A stretch of 64,000 nt of DNA from an uncultured Actinomycetes bacterium (GTDB taxonomy: Bacteria; Actinomycetota; UBA4738; HRBIN12), in the NCBI GenBank assembly GCA_963704885.1, contig CAVPIB010000001.1, positions 672,001 through 736,000 of the forward strand. Direction: 5' to 3'. The translations under genes and the position numbers were made by a program. Positions 46,924 to 59,851 of this stretch are shown here, piece by piece (positions within the stretch are counted from its first letter, which is position 1; the number at the start of each line of letters is the position of its first letter). The notes beneath the pieces were generated by a model. The model saw only the letters and a list, made by a program, of their open reading frames with translations. It was not told where the DNA came from and made no database searches.

Positions 46924-47358
46924 GTGCTGAGCGAGTACCTGCCGATACTGGTTCTGGCGGCGCTCGCGTTCGTCTTCGCGGTGGCGTCGCTCGCCGCCTC
47001 GTCAGCCTTGCGCCCCAACCATCCGGATCCCGTGAAGCTCTCCGCTTACGAGTGCGGTAACGACCCGGTCCGGCTTCCGCGAGGCGAGCGATTCTCGGTG
47101 AAGTTCTACGTTGTCGCGATGCTCTTCATCATCTTCGACATCGAGACGATCTTCCTCTTCCCGTGGGCGGTGTCGTTCCGCCAACTCGGCATGTTCGGCC
47201 TCGTGGAGATGGCCATCTTCATCGCCCTCGTGTTCGTTGCTTATGTGTACGTGTGGCGTAAGGGCGGACTGGACTGGTCGAGCGCGTCCGTGACCGCGGT
47301 CGAGGCGTCCGCCGAGACAGAGGCGGAGGCTCCCAAGGAGGTCGTCGGTGCCGGTTGA
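46924..47358 (+). CDS. nuoA: NADH-quinone oxidoreductase subunit A
   Basis: [20 protein letters not shown]; TAGGAT 7 nt before GTG 46924. Confidence 0.93.
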   Translation: MLSEYLPILVLAALAFVFAVASLAASSALRPNHPDPVKLSAYECGNDPVRLPRGERFSVKFYVVAMLFIIFDIETIFLFPWAVSFRQLGMFGLVEMAIFIALVFVAYVYVWRKGGLDWSSASVTAVEASAETEAEAPKEVVGAG

Positions 47359-47866
47359 GCGGATCGAAGGACTCCATACGGGATCGACGCCAGAGGAGAT
47401 CGAGGAGGAGGTCCAGCGCGGGATCTTGCTGACGTCGCTCGATCGGGCCGTGGGGTGGGCCCGCAAGCAGTCGATGTGGCCGGCGACGTTCGGTTTGGCG
47501 TGTTGCGCGATCGAGATGATGTCGACGGGCGCAGGGCAGTACGACCTGTCGCGCTGGGGGATGGAGTTGTTCCGGGGTTCCCCGCGTCAGGCGGATCTGA
47601 TGATCGTGGCCGGCAGGGTCTCGCAGAAGATGGCGCCGGTCCTTCGCCGGATCTACGACCAGATGCCCGAGCCGCGGTGGGTCATCTCGATGGGCGTGTG
47701 CGCGTCGGCCGGCGGCATGTTCACCAACTACGCGATCGTCCAAGGCGTGGACACCATCGTCCCGGTCGATGTCTACGTTCCGGGTTGTCCTCCCAAACCG
47801 GAGATGTTGATGCACGGCATCCTGAAGCTGCAGGAGAAAGTCCGGACCGAGGGGACGTTCAAGTGA
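47348..47866 (+). CDS. nuoB: NADH-quinone oxidoreductase subunit B
   Basis: [18 protein letters not shown] and [10 protein letters not shown]. Confidence 0.95.
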   Translation: MPVERIEGLHTGSTPEEIEEEVQRGILLTSLDRAVGWARKQSMWPATFGLACCAIEMMSTGAGQYDLSRWGMELFRGSPRQADLMIVAGRVSQKMAPVLRRIYDQMPEPRWVISMGVCASAGGMFTNYAIVQGVDTIVPVDVYVPGCPPKPEMLMHGILKLQEKVRTEGTFK

Positions 47867-48363
47867 CGCCCGCTGAGCTGACCGACCGGCTTCGGGGGCG
47901 ATTCGCGGACGTGCTCCTGGCTCGCGACGAGGTCACCGTCATCGTGGACCGGGACGATGTACCCGCGACCCTCGTCGCGCTTCGCGAAGACCCGGATCTT
48001 TCGTTCGACTTCCTCTCGTGCCTGACGGCTACGGACCGGCCTGACGCCGACCCTCGCTTCTGGGTCGTGTACGAGCTCCGTTCGATGGAGGCGAACCATC
48101 GCCTCCGCGTTAAGGCGGGAGCCCCCGATGCCGACCCGCGCGTTCCTTCCGTGACGGACCTGTTCCCCACGGCCAACTGGCAGGAGCGCGAGGTATTCGA
48201 CTTCTTCGGCGTCGTCTTCGAGGGCCACCCGGATCTGACCAGGATCCTGCTCCCCGATGATTGGGAGGGCCATCCCCTCCGCAAGGACGAAGAGCTCGGA
48301 GGTGTGAACACCCGTTTCCACGGAGCGTTCATCCCGCCCGTCGACCAGCGCACGACGATCTAG
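47863..48363 (+). CDS. nuoC: NADH-quinone oxidoreductase subunit C
   Basis: [13 protein letters not shown] and WEGHPLRKD. Confidence 0.93.
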   Translation: MTPAELTDRLRGRFADVLLARDEVTVIVDRDDVPATLVALREDPDLSFDFLSCLTATDRPDADPRFWVVYELRSMEANHRLRVKAGAPDADPRVPSVTDLFPTANWQEREVFDFFGVVFEGHPDLTRILLPDDWEGHPLRKDEELGGVNTRFHGAFIPPVDQRTTI

Positions 48364-48367
48364 AGCG

Positions 48368-49636
48368 ATGCAGGGAACGCCGACCGACGCCCCGCTCCGC
48401 GGCTCCTCCGGAGAGATCCGGCAGGAGACCATGATCGTCAACATGGGCCCGCAGCACCCTTCGACGCACGGCGTACTGCGGCTCCTCTTGGAACTCGACG
48501 GCGAAACGGTGATCACCTGCAAGCCGATCGTCGGATACCTGCACACCGGCATCGAGAAGAACACCGAGTACCGGACGTGGATGCAGGGCATCACCTACGT
48601 CACGCGCGCCGATTACTTGTCGCCTTTCTTCAACGAGCTCGGGTACTGCCTGGCTGTCGAGCGCTTGCTGGGGATCGAGGCCCCGGCGCGCGCGCAGGTG
48701 ATCCGCGTCCTGTTCTGCGAGCTGAACCGCATCTCCTCACACCTGGTGTGGCTGGCGACCGCTGGCCTCGAGCTGGGCGCGGTGAGCGTGATGCTCTACG
48801 GCTTCCGCGAGCGCGAGGTCCTCATGGACGTCTTCGAGTCGGTCACGGGGCTCCGCATGAACCACGCCTACTTCCGGATCGGCGGCGTGATCATGGATAT
48901 CCACGACGAAGGCGTAAAGAAGATCCACGACTTCCTGCGTGTGATGCCGGGCAGGATCGACGAGTTCGAGTCGTTGTTGTCCGAGAACCCGATCTGGATC
49001 CAGCGCAATCAAGGGGTGGGCGTGCTCACGTCCGAGGACGCCTTGGCCCTGGGCGTCACCGGCCCTATGTTGCGTGCGGCGGGCGTGTCCGCGGACCTTC
49101 GGAAGGACATGCCCTACTCCGGCTACGAGACATACGACTTCGACGTTCCCGTGCGGACCGAGGCCGACTCCTATGCCCGCTATGCCGTCCGGATGGACGA
49201 GATGCGGGAGTCCATGCGGATCGTGGAGCAGTGTCTGGAGCGCCTCGACGAGCCGGGACCGGTGATGGTCGAGGATCCGAAGGTGGCGTGGCCGGCCCAG
49301 CTCGAGGTCGGTCCGGACGGCATCGGTAACTCGACGGCTTACGTCCGACACATCATGGAGGAGTCCATGGAGGCGCTCATCCACCATTTCAAGATGGTGA
49401 CCCACGGCGTAGAGGTGCCCGCCGGAGAGGTCTACCAGGCCGTGGAGTCGCCGCGGGGAGAGCTCGGTTTCTACGTGGTCTCGGACGGTGGACACACGCC
49501 GTACCGCGTGAAGATCCGCGATCCCTCGTTCGTCAACCTGCAGTCGACCCCGCTCATGGTCGAGGGGCACCTGATCGCCGACGCGATCGCCTCGATCGCC
49601 AGTCTGGATCCCGTCATGGGGGGCGTCGACCGCTGA
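48368..49636 (+). CDS. nuoD: NADH-quinone oxidoreductase subunit D
   Basis: [24 protein letters not shown] and C-terminal GGVDR. Confidence 0.95.
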   Translation: MQGTPTDAPLRGSSGEIRQETMIVNMGPQHPSTHGVLRLLLELDGETVITCKPIVGYLHTGIEKNTEYRTWMQGITYVTRADYLSPFFNELGYCLAVERLLGIEAPARAQVIRVLFCELNRISSHLVWLATAGLELGAVSVMLYGFREREVLMDVFESVTGLRMNHAYFRIGGVIMDIHDEGVKKIHDFLRVMPGRIDEFESLLSENPIWIQRNQGVGVLTSEDALALGVTGPMLRAAGVSADLRKDMPYSGYETYDFDVPVRTEADSYARYAVRMDEMRESMRIVEQCLERLDEPGPVMVEDPKVAWPAQLEVGPDGIGNSTAYVRHIMEESMEALIHHFKMVTHGVEVPAGEVYQAVESPRGELGFYVVSDGGHTPYRVKIRDPSFVNLQSTPLMVEGHLIADAIASIASLDPVMGGVDR

Positions 49637-50229
49637 TGGCTCTGTTCGAAGCAGGCACGCTCGATGAGGCGCGGTCGATCATGGCGCGATATCCAGTGGG
49701 GCGCGAGCGCTCGGCCGTGATGCCGCTGCTCTATCTGGCGCAGTCGATCGAGGGACGCGTGACGCGCGAGGGGCTGCGTGAGATCGCGGGACTGCTCGGG
49801 TTGACCACCGCCGAGGTCGAGGCCGTCGCCAGTTTCTACACCATGATCCGGCTGCGCCCGACGGGCCGGCACGTGATCTCGGTCTGCACGAACCTGTCCT
49901 GCGCACTGCGGGGAGCCAAGGACGTCTACGAGGCCGCACATCGAGCCGCCGGCATCCCTCACGGGCAGGAGCTCTCGGACGACCAGGTCATCACCCTGCA
50001 CGAGGAGGAGTGCCTGGGCGCGTGCGAGAAGGCTCCGGTCGTATCGGTCGACTTCGTCTATCACGACGACGTGAGTCCGGAGCGCATGGCCGAGATGGTT
50101 GAAGTGCTGCGCCGGGGCGAGGTGCCCTCGCCGTCGCGAGGCGAAGCTATCGCGGACTTCCGCGCCGCCTCACGGGTGCTGGCGGGATTCGAGCCAGATC
50201 ACGAGCCGAAGCACGAGGTGAACGCGTGA
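49636..50229 (+). CDS. nuoE: NADH-quinone oxidoreductase subunit E
   Basis: VASFYTM, CTNLSC and ECLGAC. Confidence 0.93.
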   Translation: MALFEAGTLDEARSIMARYPVGRERSAVMPLLYLAQSIEGRVTREGLREIAGLLGLTTAEVEAVASFYTMIRLRPTGRHVISVCTNLSCALRGAKDVYEAAHRAAGIPHGQELSDDQVITLHEEECLGACEKAPVVSVDFVYHDDVSPERMAEMVEVLRRGEVPSPSRGEAIADFRAASRVLAGFEPDHEPKHEVNA

Positions 50230-51515
50230 GCCTCGCATTCGAACGCGTGATCACCGCCAACTGGGGCGACGAGGCTGTCCGGTCGCTGGATGGCTACGTG
50301 GCGAAGGGGGGCTACTCAGCACTACGGAAGGCGCTCGGGATGCCACCGGAAGACGTGATCGAGGTCGTGAAGGACTCCGGCCTCCGCGGCCGCGGAGGCG
50401 CCGGGTTCCCGACCGGGATGAAGTGGTCGTTCGTGCCGCAGGACACGGGCAAGCCCACCTACGTCACGGTGAACTTCGACGAATCCGAGCCCGGAACTTG
50501 CAACAACCGCGAGCTGGTGGAGCGTGAGCCGCACCAGATGCTCGAGGGCGCCATGATCGCGGCCTACGCGATCCGGTGTCACACGGTATTCGTCTACTGC
50601 CGTGGCGAGTTCCTGTGGCCGGGCACGGTCGTGCAACGCGCGATCACCGAGCTCTACGCGAAGGGCTATGCCGGCGAGGGCATCCTGGGGTCTGACTACG
50701 ACCTCGACGTCGTCCTGCACCGCGGCGCCGGGGCGTACATCTGCGGTGAGGAGACCGCGCTGCTCTCGTCGCTCGAGGGATTCCGCGGGCAACCACGGTT
50801 GCGGCCGCCGTTCCCCGCCGTCGAGGGTCTCTACTCGTCGCCGACGGTGATCAACAACGTCGAGACGCTCTGCAACGTCCCGCACATCGTCAACCGAGGC
50901 GCCGACTGGTTCAAGAGCCAGGGGACCGAGAAGGCGCCCGGCACGAAGATGTTCACGATCTCGGGCAAGGTCGAAAGTCCCGGGAACTATGAATTGCCGC
51001 TCGGTACTCCGTTCCGCGTGTTGCTCCAGGAGTACGGCGGCGGTGTTCTCCATGGGAAGGCGCTCAAGGCCTGGACGCCCGGCGGATCGTCAACGCCGAT
51101 GCTGACCGCCGATCACCTGGATGTCGGCCTGGACTTCGAGTCGATCGCGGCAGCCGGGTCGTTGCTCGGGACGGGGGCCGTCATGGTCATGGACCAAGAC
51201 GACTGCGTCGTGGAGGCTGCGCGCAGGTTGGTGGCGTTCTACGCGCACGAGTCCTGCGGCAAGTGCACGCCCTGTCGCGAGGGAACGTGGTGGGCGGCGC
51301 GGGTGCTGGGTCGCATCGAGGACGGCTACGGTCGCCCGGAGGATCTCCCACTCCTGGGCGAGGTCGGACAGAACATCTTGTTCCGGGCGTTCTGCGCCCT
51401 GGCCGACGGGGCGGTCTCGCCCATCTCGTCGACGCTGCAGCACTTCATGGGCGAGTTCGAAGAGCATGTGAGGCTCGGGCGCTGCCCCCTCGATCCGCAG
51501 GAGGTCGCGTCGTGA
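50226..51515 (+). CDS. nuoF: NADH-quinone oxidoreductase subunit F
   Basis: GLRGRGGAGFPTG, GAGAYICGEETAL and ESCGKCTPCREG. Confidence 0.95.
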   Translation: MSLAFERVITANWGDEAVRSLDGYVAKGGYSALRKALGMPPEDVIEVVKDSGLRGRGGAGFPTGMKWSFVPQDTGKPTYVTVNFDESEPGTCNNRELVEREPHQMLEGAMIAAYAIRCHTVFVYCRGEFLWPGTVVQRAITELYAKGYAGEGILGSDYDLDVVLHRGAGAYICGEETALLSSLEGFRGQPRLRPPFPAVEGLYSSPTVINNVETLCNVPHIVNRGADWFKSQGTEKAPGTKMFTISGKVESPGNYELPLGTPFRVLLQEYGGGVLHGKALKAWTPGGSSTPMLTADHLDVGLDFESIAAAGSLLGTGAVMVMDQDDCVVEAARRLVAFYAHESCGKCTPCREGTWWAARVLGRIEDGYGRPEDLPLLGEVGQNILFRAFCALADGAVSPISSTLQHFMGEFEEHVRLGRCPLDPQEVAS

Positions 51516-53920
51516 CCGATCGTCAGACGGTCACGCTCACGGTAGACGGCAAGGAGGTAACCGTCCCGGCGGGAACTCTCATCATCCGGGCGGCCGAGCA
51601 GCTCGGGATCGAGATCCCGCGCTTCTGCGACCACCCGCTGTTGGAGCCCGTCGGCGCGTGCCGCCAGTGCTACGTGGAGGTCGAGGGGCAGCGGAAGCTG
51701 TTCACCTCGTGCACCACCTCGGTGGCACCAGGGATGGCCGTGAAGACGCAGAACACCTCGAACCAGGTCCACGACGCTCAGGTCGCGAACCTGGAGTTCC
51801 TGCTGCTCAACCACCCGCTCGACTGCCCGATCTGCGACCGAGGTGGGGAGTGCCCCCTGCAGGACCAGGCGCTGGCGTTCGGGCCGGGGGAGAGCCGCTA
51901 CATCGAGGCCAAGAGGACCTTCCCCAAGCCGCTGGCTCTCTCTCCGCTCGTAGGTCTGGACCGCGAGCGTTGCGTCCTGTGTGCGCGATGCACCCGCTTC
52001 TGCGACCAGATCTCAGGCGACCGGTTCATCGAGCTGTTCGCGCGAGGCGCTAACGAGCAGGTGGCCATCGCGCTTGGCGAGGATTTCCGCTCGCCGTTCA
52101 GCGGCAACACCGTTCAGATCTGTCCGGTCGGCGCGCTGACCGCGACTCCGTACCGATTCGTCGCTCGCCCGTTCGACCTATCCACGGTGGACACCGTCTG
52201 TCCGCACTGCAGCGCCGGCTGCAACATCAAGCTGGACATGCGCCGCGGCGAGGTCGTGCGGCAACTGGCTCGGGACAACCTGGAGGTGAACGACGCCTGG
52301 CTATGTGACAAGGGTCGGTTCGCGTTCCGGTTCCCGGACTCCGCCGACCGGATCACCACCCCTCTGATCCGCGACCACGGGCTGGAGCCTGCTTCATTCG
52401 GCGAGGTACTGACGCGTGTGGCCGAGTGGTGTGCCGGTAAGCGGGTGGCGTTCCTCACGGGCGGCCGGCTCATGGACGAGGACTACTACGCCCTTTCGAA
52501 GCTGGCTCGGACGGTCTTCGGCACCAACGACCTGGATCACCGGCGCGACGAGGGAGCGGGGTTCGCGGAAGCTGCGATCGCTTCGCGCGCCACACGCGAT
52601 CAGGCGGTGACGTACGAGGACATCGAGCGGGCCGCCGTGATCGTGGTCGCGGGCCTGGACGCCGAACAGGAGGTCCCGATCCTGCACCTGCGGCTGCGCA
52701 AGGCTGCAGCGCGCGGCGCGAAGATCTACGTGCTGCACCCTCGGCGCACGCGGCTCTTCGATGTAGCGGAGCACATCCTGTGCCGGCCGGGCGAGGAGCA
52801 GAACGTGATCTTCCGAGAGCGCCCAGGGGTCATGGAAGCGCTCAAGGACGCTGGTTCTCTCGGCGTGGTCATCGCCGGACCGCGGTTGGCCGACGTCGGC
52901 GGATGGGTCCTGGCCGTCGCCGAGGTCGCGGGCGTCGCCGGGGCGCGATTCGCCTATGTGAGCCGTCGGGCGAACGACAGGGGCGCCCTGGTGGCCGGCG
53001 TGCACCCGGGGCTGCTCCCGGGTGGTCGGGAGTTCGGCGTGGCTGAGGAGCGGACCGAGGTCGAGCGCGTCTGGGGGCCGATCATCGTCGGTGACGAGGG
53101 GCGGAACTGGCGCGGGATCCTCCAGGCATGCACCGACCGTAAGATCGATGTGCTCTTCATGATCGGGGTCGACCCGCTCCGGGACTATCCGGATGGCCCG
53201 CTCGCGCTCCGTGCGCTGGAGAACGTCCGGTACAAGGTCGTCCAGTCGCTCGAGCTGGGATCCCTAGCGGCCTACGCTGATGCCTTCCTCCCGGCCGCCG
53301 CGTTCTTGGAGAAGAACGGTCACATCACCACGTGGGAAGGACGCAACCAGCGCATCCGTCCGATCCGAGGCGCCGCCGGCATCTCGCTCCCGGACTGGGA
53401 GATCTTCGCGAGCCTGGCGCTCGCATCGGGTGGCGATCTGGGGTTCGAGACGCTCGACGAACTCCACGACGAGATGGGCCGCCTGCTGGCGCCGCGTGAG
53501 CCGAGGGAGCGATACATCGCCGACACCGATCCAGGCCCGCTCGACCTGCCCGAGGGTGCACTGCAGCTCTTCAGCTACCCGCTCCTCGTGGACGAGGGGC
53601 GCCTGTCCGAGGGGGCCGACGAGTTGAAGGCCGCGTTGGGCGAAGAGCCGTTCGTCGAGATGCACGTGGATGACGCCGCGCAACGAGGCCTCGACGACGG
53701 CGCGATGGCCATCGTGCGCACCCCGGCCGGGGAGGTCGCGCTTCCGGTTCGCGTCACCGAACACATCGCGCGCGGGACAGTGTTCGTGCCGTTCAACCAG
53801 CCGGGGTTCGCCGCGAACTCGATCCTGGCGGGTTCGTTCACGATCACGGCCACCGTCGAAGCAGCCGAGTCCCTGACCGAACCTCAGCCGGTGGATGCCT
53901 CGGTGGGGGGTGATGGCTGA
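51512..53920 (+). CDS. nuoG: NADH-quinone oxidoreductase subunit G
   Basis: IPRFCDH, GACRQC, HPLDCPICDRGGECPLQD, CVLCARCTRFC and CPHCSAGC. Confidence 0.95.
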   Translation: MTDRQTVTLTVDGKEVTVPAGTLIIRAAEQLGIEIPRFCDHPLLEPVGACRQCYVEVEGQRKLFTSCTTSVAPGMAVKTQNTSNQVHDAQVANLEFLLLNHPLDCPICDRGGECPLQDQALAFGPGESRYIEAKRTFPKPLALSPLVGLDRERCVLCARCTRFCDQISGDRFIELFARGANEQVAIALGEDFRSPFSGNTVQICPVGALTATPYRFVARPFDLSTVDTVCPHCSAGCNIKLDMRRGEVVRQLARDNLEVNDAWLCDKGRFAFRFPDSADRITTPLIRDHGLEPASFGEVLTRVAEWCAGKRVAFLTGGRLMDEDYYALSKLARTVFGTNDLDHRRDEGAGFAEAAIASRATRDQAVTYEDIERAAVIVVAGLDAEQEVPILHLRLRKAAARGAKIYVLHPRRTRLFDVAEHILCRPGEEQNVIFRERPGVMEALKDAGSLGVVIAGPRLADVGGWVLAVAEVAGVAGARFAYVSRRANDRGALVAGVHPGLLPGGREFGVAEERTEVERVWGPIIVGDEGRNWRGILQACTDRKIDVLFMIGVDPLRDYPDGPLALRALENVRYKVVQSLELGSLAAYADAFLPAAAFLEKNGHITTWEGRNQRIRPIRGAAGISLPDWEIFASLALASGGDLGFETLDELHDEMGRLLAPREPRERYIADTDPGPLDLPEGALQLFSYPLLVDEGRLSEGADELKAALGEEPFVEMHVDDAAQRGLDDGAMAIVRTPAGEVALPVRVTEHIARGTVFVPFNQPGFAANSILAGSFTITATVEAAESLTEPQPVDASVGGDG

Positions 53921-55038
53921 TGGACTGGCTCGACTGGCTGCTGCTGGTCGTCCGTGTCGTCATCGTGTTCTTCGCGCTGCTGATCTCGGTGATGATCTAC
54001 ATCTGGATGGAGCGGAAGGTGATCGCGGACTTCCAGACGCGCGTCGGGCCTATGCGCGCGGGGCCCAGAGGGATCCTCATCACGCTGGCCGACGGCATCA
54101 AGCTGTTCTTCAAGGAAGGCATCACGCCCACCAACGCCGACCGAGCCGTGTACATCGTGGCGCCCGTGATCGCAATGCTCCCTGCGTTCCTGGCGTTCGC
54201 GGTCATCCCGTTCGGTACGCACGTGACGCTGTTCGGCCGCGAGGTGCCCTTCCAGATCGCCGACCTGAACATCGGCATCTTGTGGGTGCTGGCCATGACG
54301 TCGATCGGCGTGTACGCGGTGGTGCTCGCCGGGTGGTCGAGCGGTTCGAACTACCCGCTGCTGGGCGCGATCCGGTCGTCGGCGCAGATGATCTCCTATG
54401 AGGTGGGCATGGGGCTCGCCCTGGTGGCGGTGCTGATGTACTCGGGGCATCTGAGCATGTCGGAGATAGTGGCGCAGCAGGACAAGGTCTGGAACGTCAT
54501 CCCTCAGTTCCCGGCCTTCGTGGCCTATCTGATCGCCGGTCTGGCCGAGACGAACCGCCCGCCTTTCGACTTGGCCGAGGCCGAAACGGAGCTCGTAGCC
54601 GGGTTCCACACCGAGTACTCCGGGATCAAGTTCGCCATGTTCTACCTGGGGGAGTACGTGTATACGGTTACGGTGGCCGCCATCGCGGTGACCCTGTTCC
54701 TGGGTGGCTGGCGCGGACCGCATCCCGACGTGCTGCCGTGGCTCTGGCCGTTCCTCTGGTTCTTGCTCAAGGTGACCGCGGTGATCTACGTCTACATCCT
54801 GGTTCGGGCGACCTTGCCCCGGATGAGGTACGACCGTCTCATGGACTTCGGGTGGAAACGGCTCATCCCGTTCGGTCTGGTGTGGGTGCTCGTGACCGGA
54901 GCCGTGGTCGTGGCTCCCGATGAGTTCAGCCGTAAGACCGTCCTTACCGCCCTCGCGGTGATCTTCGGCGTCGTGACCCTCGCCATGCTCGTGGCGCCGC
55001 TGTTCACGTCGAAACCCGATCGGGAGGTGGCGTCGTGA
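53920..55038 (+). CDS. nuoH: NADH-quinone oxidoreductase subunit H
   Basis: ERKV, ADGIKL, AQMISYE and [14 protein letters not shown]. Confidence 0.95.
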   Translation: MDWLDWLLLVVRVVIVFFALLISVMIYIWMERKVIADFQTRVGPMRAGPRGILITLADGIKLFFKEGITPTNADRAVYIVAPVIAMLPAFLAFAVIPFGTHVTLFGREVPFQIADLNIGILWVLAMTSIGVYAVVLAGWSSGSNYPLLGAIRSSAQMISYEVGMGLALVAVLMYSGHLSMSEIVAQQDKVWNVIPQFPAFVAYLIAGLAETNRPPFDLAEAETELVAGFHTEYSGIKFAMFYLGEYVYTVTVAAIAVTLFLGGWRGPHPDVLPWLWPFLWFLLKVTAVIYVYILVRATLPRMRYDRLMDFGWKRLIPFGLVWVLVTGAVVVAPDEFSRKTVLTALAVIFGVVTLAMLVAPLFTSKPDREVAS

Positions 55039-55538
55039 CGGAACCCGAGGGCCCCCCAAGGCAGAGCATCATCGACGGGGCCGTAGCGATCGCGAAGGGC
55101 ATGGGAACGGTCTGGAAGCAGACGTTCCGCCGAGACAATACGGAGCGGTACCCGGAGGAGATCGTGCCCACGCCGGAGCGCTCGCACATCGGGCGTCACC
55201 TGCTGAACAAGCATGAGAACGGCCTGGAGAAGTGCATCGGTTGCGAACTCTGCGCGTTCGCCTGTCCGGCCGACGCGATCTGGGTGGAGGGTGCGGACAA
55301 CGACCCCGAGGACCCGACCTCTCCCGGCGAGCGGTACGCGAAGGACTACCAGATCAACTACCTGCGCTGCATCATGTGCGGCCTCTGCGTCGAGGCTTGT
55401 CCCACGCGGGCGCTGACGCTCACGAGCTACTACGAGATGGCGTTCACCTCGCGCGAGGACGCGATCTGGACGAAGGAGCAGCTGCTCGAAGCGCCCCCGG
55501 AACTCGGCACCGATCCGGTGGACCGGGAGGGTCGGTAG
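55035..55538 (+). CDS. nuoI: NADH-quinone oxidoreductase subunit I
   Basis: [12 protein letters not shown] and [12 protein letters not shown]. Confidence 0.95.
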   Translation: MTEPEGPPRQSIIDGAVAIAKGMGTVWKQTFRRDNTERYPEEIVPTPERSHIGRHLLNKHENGLEKCIGCELCAFACPADAIWVEGADNDPEDPTSPGERYAKDYQINYLRCIMCGLCVEACPTRALTLTSYYEMAFTSREDAIWTKEQLLEAPPELGTDPVDREGR

Positions 55539-56128
55539 TGCAGGCCGACCTCATCTTGTTCTGGGTGTTCGCGCCGCTCTCGGTCGGGAGCGGCATCGCC
55601 ATGCTGCTCATGCGCAACGCCGTCCACGCGGCCCTCTTCCTGATCGTGAACTTCTTCTGCCTGGCGATCTTCTATCTGATCCTCGGGGCCTCCTTCCTGT
55701 TCGCGGTTCAGATCATCGTGTACGCGGGCGCGATCATGGTGCTGTTCCTCTTCGTGATCATGCTTCTCGGAGTAGATCGAACCGAAGACCTGCGTGAGCG
55801 ACGGCTGGTCGCCCAGCGTCCGATCGCCATCGTGCTGGGCGCAGGCCTCGTGCTCGAGGTCGTCTTCGCGGTGCGCGCGGGGATCGGTTTCTCCCGTCTG
55901 GCACCGGCCGGTTTCGACGCCATCAACGAAGGCGGGAACACCCAGGCATTGGCTGAGGTGTTGTTCCGCGACTACTTCCTCCCGTTCGAGGTGACCTCGG
56001 TTCTGCTGATCATCGCCGCGATCGCGGCGATGGTGCTGGCTCAGCGGAAGGCGCGGACGATCACCCAGGCCGAGATGGACGCGCGGGCCGACGTCGCGGA
56101 GACCCTGACACCGGAGCGGACGCGATGA
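55538..56128 (+). CDS. nuoJ: NADH-quinone oxidoreductase subunit J
   Basis: [19 protein letters not shown] and PFEVTS. Confidence 0.93.
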   Translation: MQADLILFWVFAPLSVGSGIAMLLMRNAVHAALFLIVNFFCLAIFYLILGASFLFAVQIIVYAGAIMVLFLFVIMLLGVDRTEDLRERRLVAQRPIAIVLGAGLVLEVVFAVRAGIGFSRLAPAGFDAINEGGNTQALAEVLFRDYFLPFEVTSVLLIIAAIAAMVLAQRKARTITQAEMDARADVAETLTPERTR

Positions 56129-56426
56129 GCGCGCCGATCGCCTACTTCCTGGTGTTGTCGGGCATCCTGTTCGCGATCGGTAGCGTCGGGGTATTGGTGC
56201 GCCGCAACGCGCTCTTGATCTTCATGTCGGTCGAGCTGCAGCTGAACGCGGTCAACCTGGCGCTGGTGACCTTCTCGCGGATGCACGGCAACCTGAACGG
56301 CCAAGTGATGGCCTTCTTCTCTATGGTCGTCGCGGCCGCTGAGGTCGTCGTCGGGCTGGCGATCATCGTGTCGGTGTATCGGAGGACCCGCTCCGTCGAC
56401 GTGGACAGGGCGGAGGCGCTCCGCGG

Positions 56427-56430
<4 letters not shown>
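56125..56430 (+). CDS. nuoK: NADH-quinone oxidoreductase subunit K
   Basis: RRN, MSVEL and [11 protein letters not shown]. Confidence 0.95.
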
Positions 56431-58306
<1,876 letters not shown>

Positions 58307-58310
<4 letters not shown>

Positions 58311-59851
58311 CCGATCACCTGCTCACGATCGTCACGTTCCTCCCTCTGATCGGGGTGGCAGTGCTCCTCGCGTGGCGAGCCGCCCCGGACAACAACGTCC
58401 GCGCGGTCGCCATGCTCACGGCCATCGCCACGTTCATCGTCTCCCTGGCGGTCCTCGGGCGCTTCGATCTTGCAGACGCAGGGTTCCAGATGGTGGAGCA
58501 GGCCATGTGGGTGAAGACCGTTGGTCTGCAGTACCTCGTTGGCGTCGACGGCGTGAGCCTGTGGATGATCCTTCTTACGACTTTCCTGATGCCCCTCGCC
58601 GTCCTCGCTTCGTGGAGGATCGAAGACAACGTCCGGCTGTACATGGTTTCGATGCTGGTGCTGGAGACCGCCGTGCTCGGGTCGTTCGTTGCCCTGGATC
58701 TCCTTCTCTTCTTCGTCTTCTTCGAGGCGATCCTGGTCCCGATGTACCTGATCATCGGCGGGTGGGGTGGAGAGCGTCGCGTGTACGCCGCCATCAAGTT
58801 CTTCCTCTACACGATGGCGGGGTCGGCCTTCCTGCTCATCGCGATCCTGTTCCTGTACGCCAAGGCTTCGGGGCCGATCGGGCACGGGACCTTCGACGTC
58901 CGGGAGCTCACCGCGGTGGCGAGCACGCTGCCGGCCGCGACCGCTCGCTGGCTCTTCCTCGCGTTCTTCGTGGCGTTCGCGGTCAAGGTGCCCCTGTTCC
59001 CGCTGCACACCTGGCTGGCCGACGCCCACACGGAGGCGCCGACCGCGGGATCCGTACTGCTGGCGGGTGTGCTGCTGAAGGTTGGCGCCTACGGCATGAT
59101 CCGCTTCAACCTGCTGCTGTTCCCCGAGGCGTCGAAGTACTTCGCCACGTTCGTTTCGATCCTTGCGGTCGTCGGCATCGTCTACGGCGCGGTACTCGCG
59201 CTGATCCAGACCGACATCAAGCGGCTGGTGGCCTACTCGTCGGTCTCTCACTTGGGGTTCGTCGTGCTGGGCATCTTCGCGTTCACCCAACAGGGTGTGA
59301 CCGGCGGCATCCTGCAGATGGTGAACCACGGCTTGTCTACCGGAGCGCTGTTCCTGCTGATCGGGATGGTCTACGAGCGAACCCATACGCGTGATCTGTC
59401 GAAGATGGGAGGACTCGCCACCGTCATGCCCTGGCTCACCGGGGCGTTCCTGTTCGCCGTCATCGCGTCCGTCGGGCTGCCGGGACTCAACAACTTCGTC
59501 GGAGAGTTCCTGGTGATCCTGGGATCCTTCGCGGTGAACCGCTGGTTCGGCTCGCTCGCCGCGATCGCTGTGGTGCTGGCGGCGATCTACCTGCTCTGGT
59601 CCTACCAGCGGATGGCCTACGGGCCCGTTCATGAGGAGCACACGATCCTGCCCGACGTCAGCCTGCGAGAGGTCCTGGTGCTGGCGCCGATCCTGTCGTT
59701 GCTGCTGGTGTTCGGAGTGTTTCCGAAGCTCCTCACCGATCGCATCGATCCGACCACATCCGCCGTCGTAGCGCATGTGGCTCCGGCGCATGAGACCGAC
59801 GTCGGCGTCTCGAGCTCGCCGGGCATCCTGGCGCAGAGGTCGACCCCATGA
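58307..59851 (+). CDS. nuoM: NADH-quinone oxidoreductase subunit M
   Basis: VKVPLFPLHTWLADAHTEAPT and KRLVAYSSVSHLG. Confidence 0.95.
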
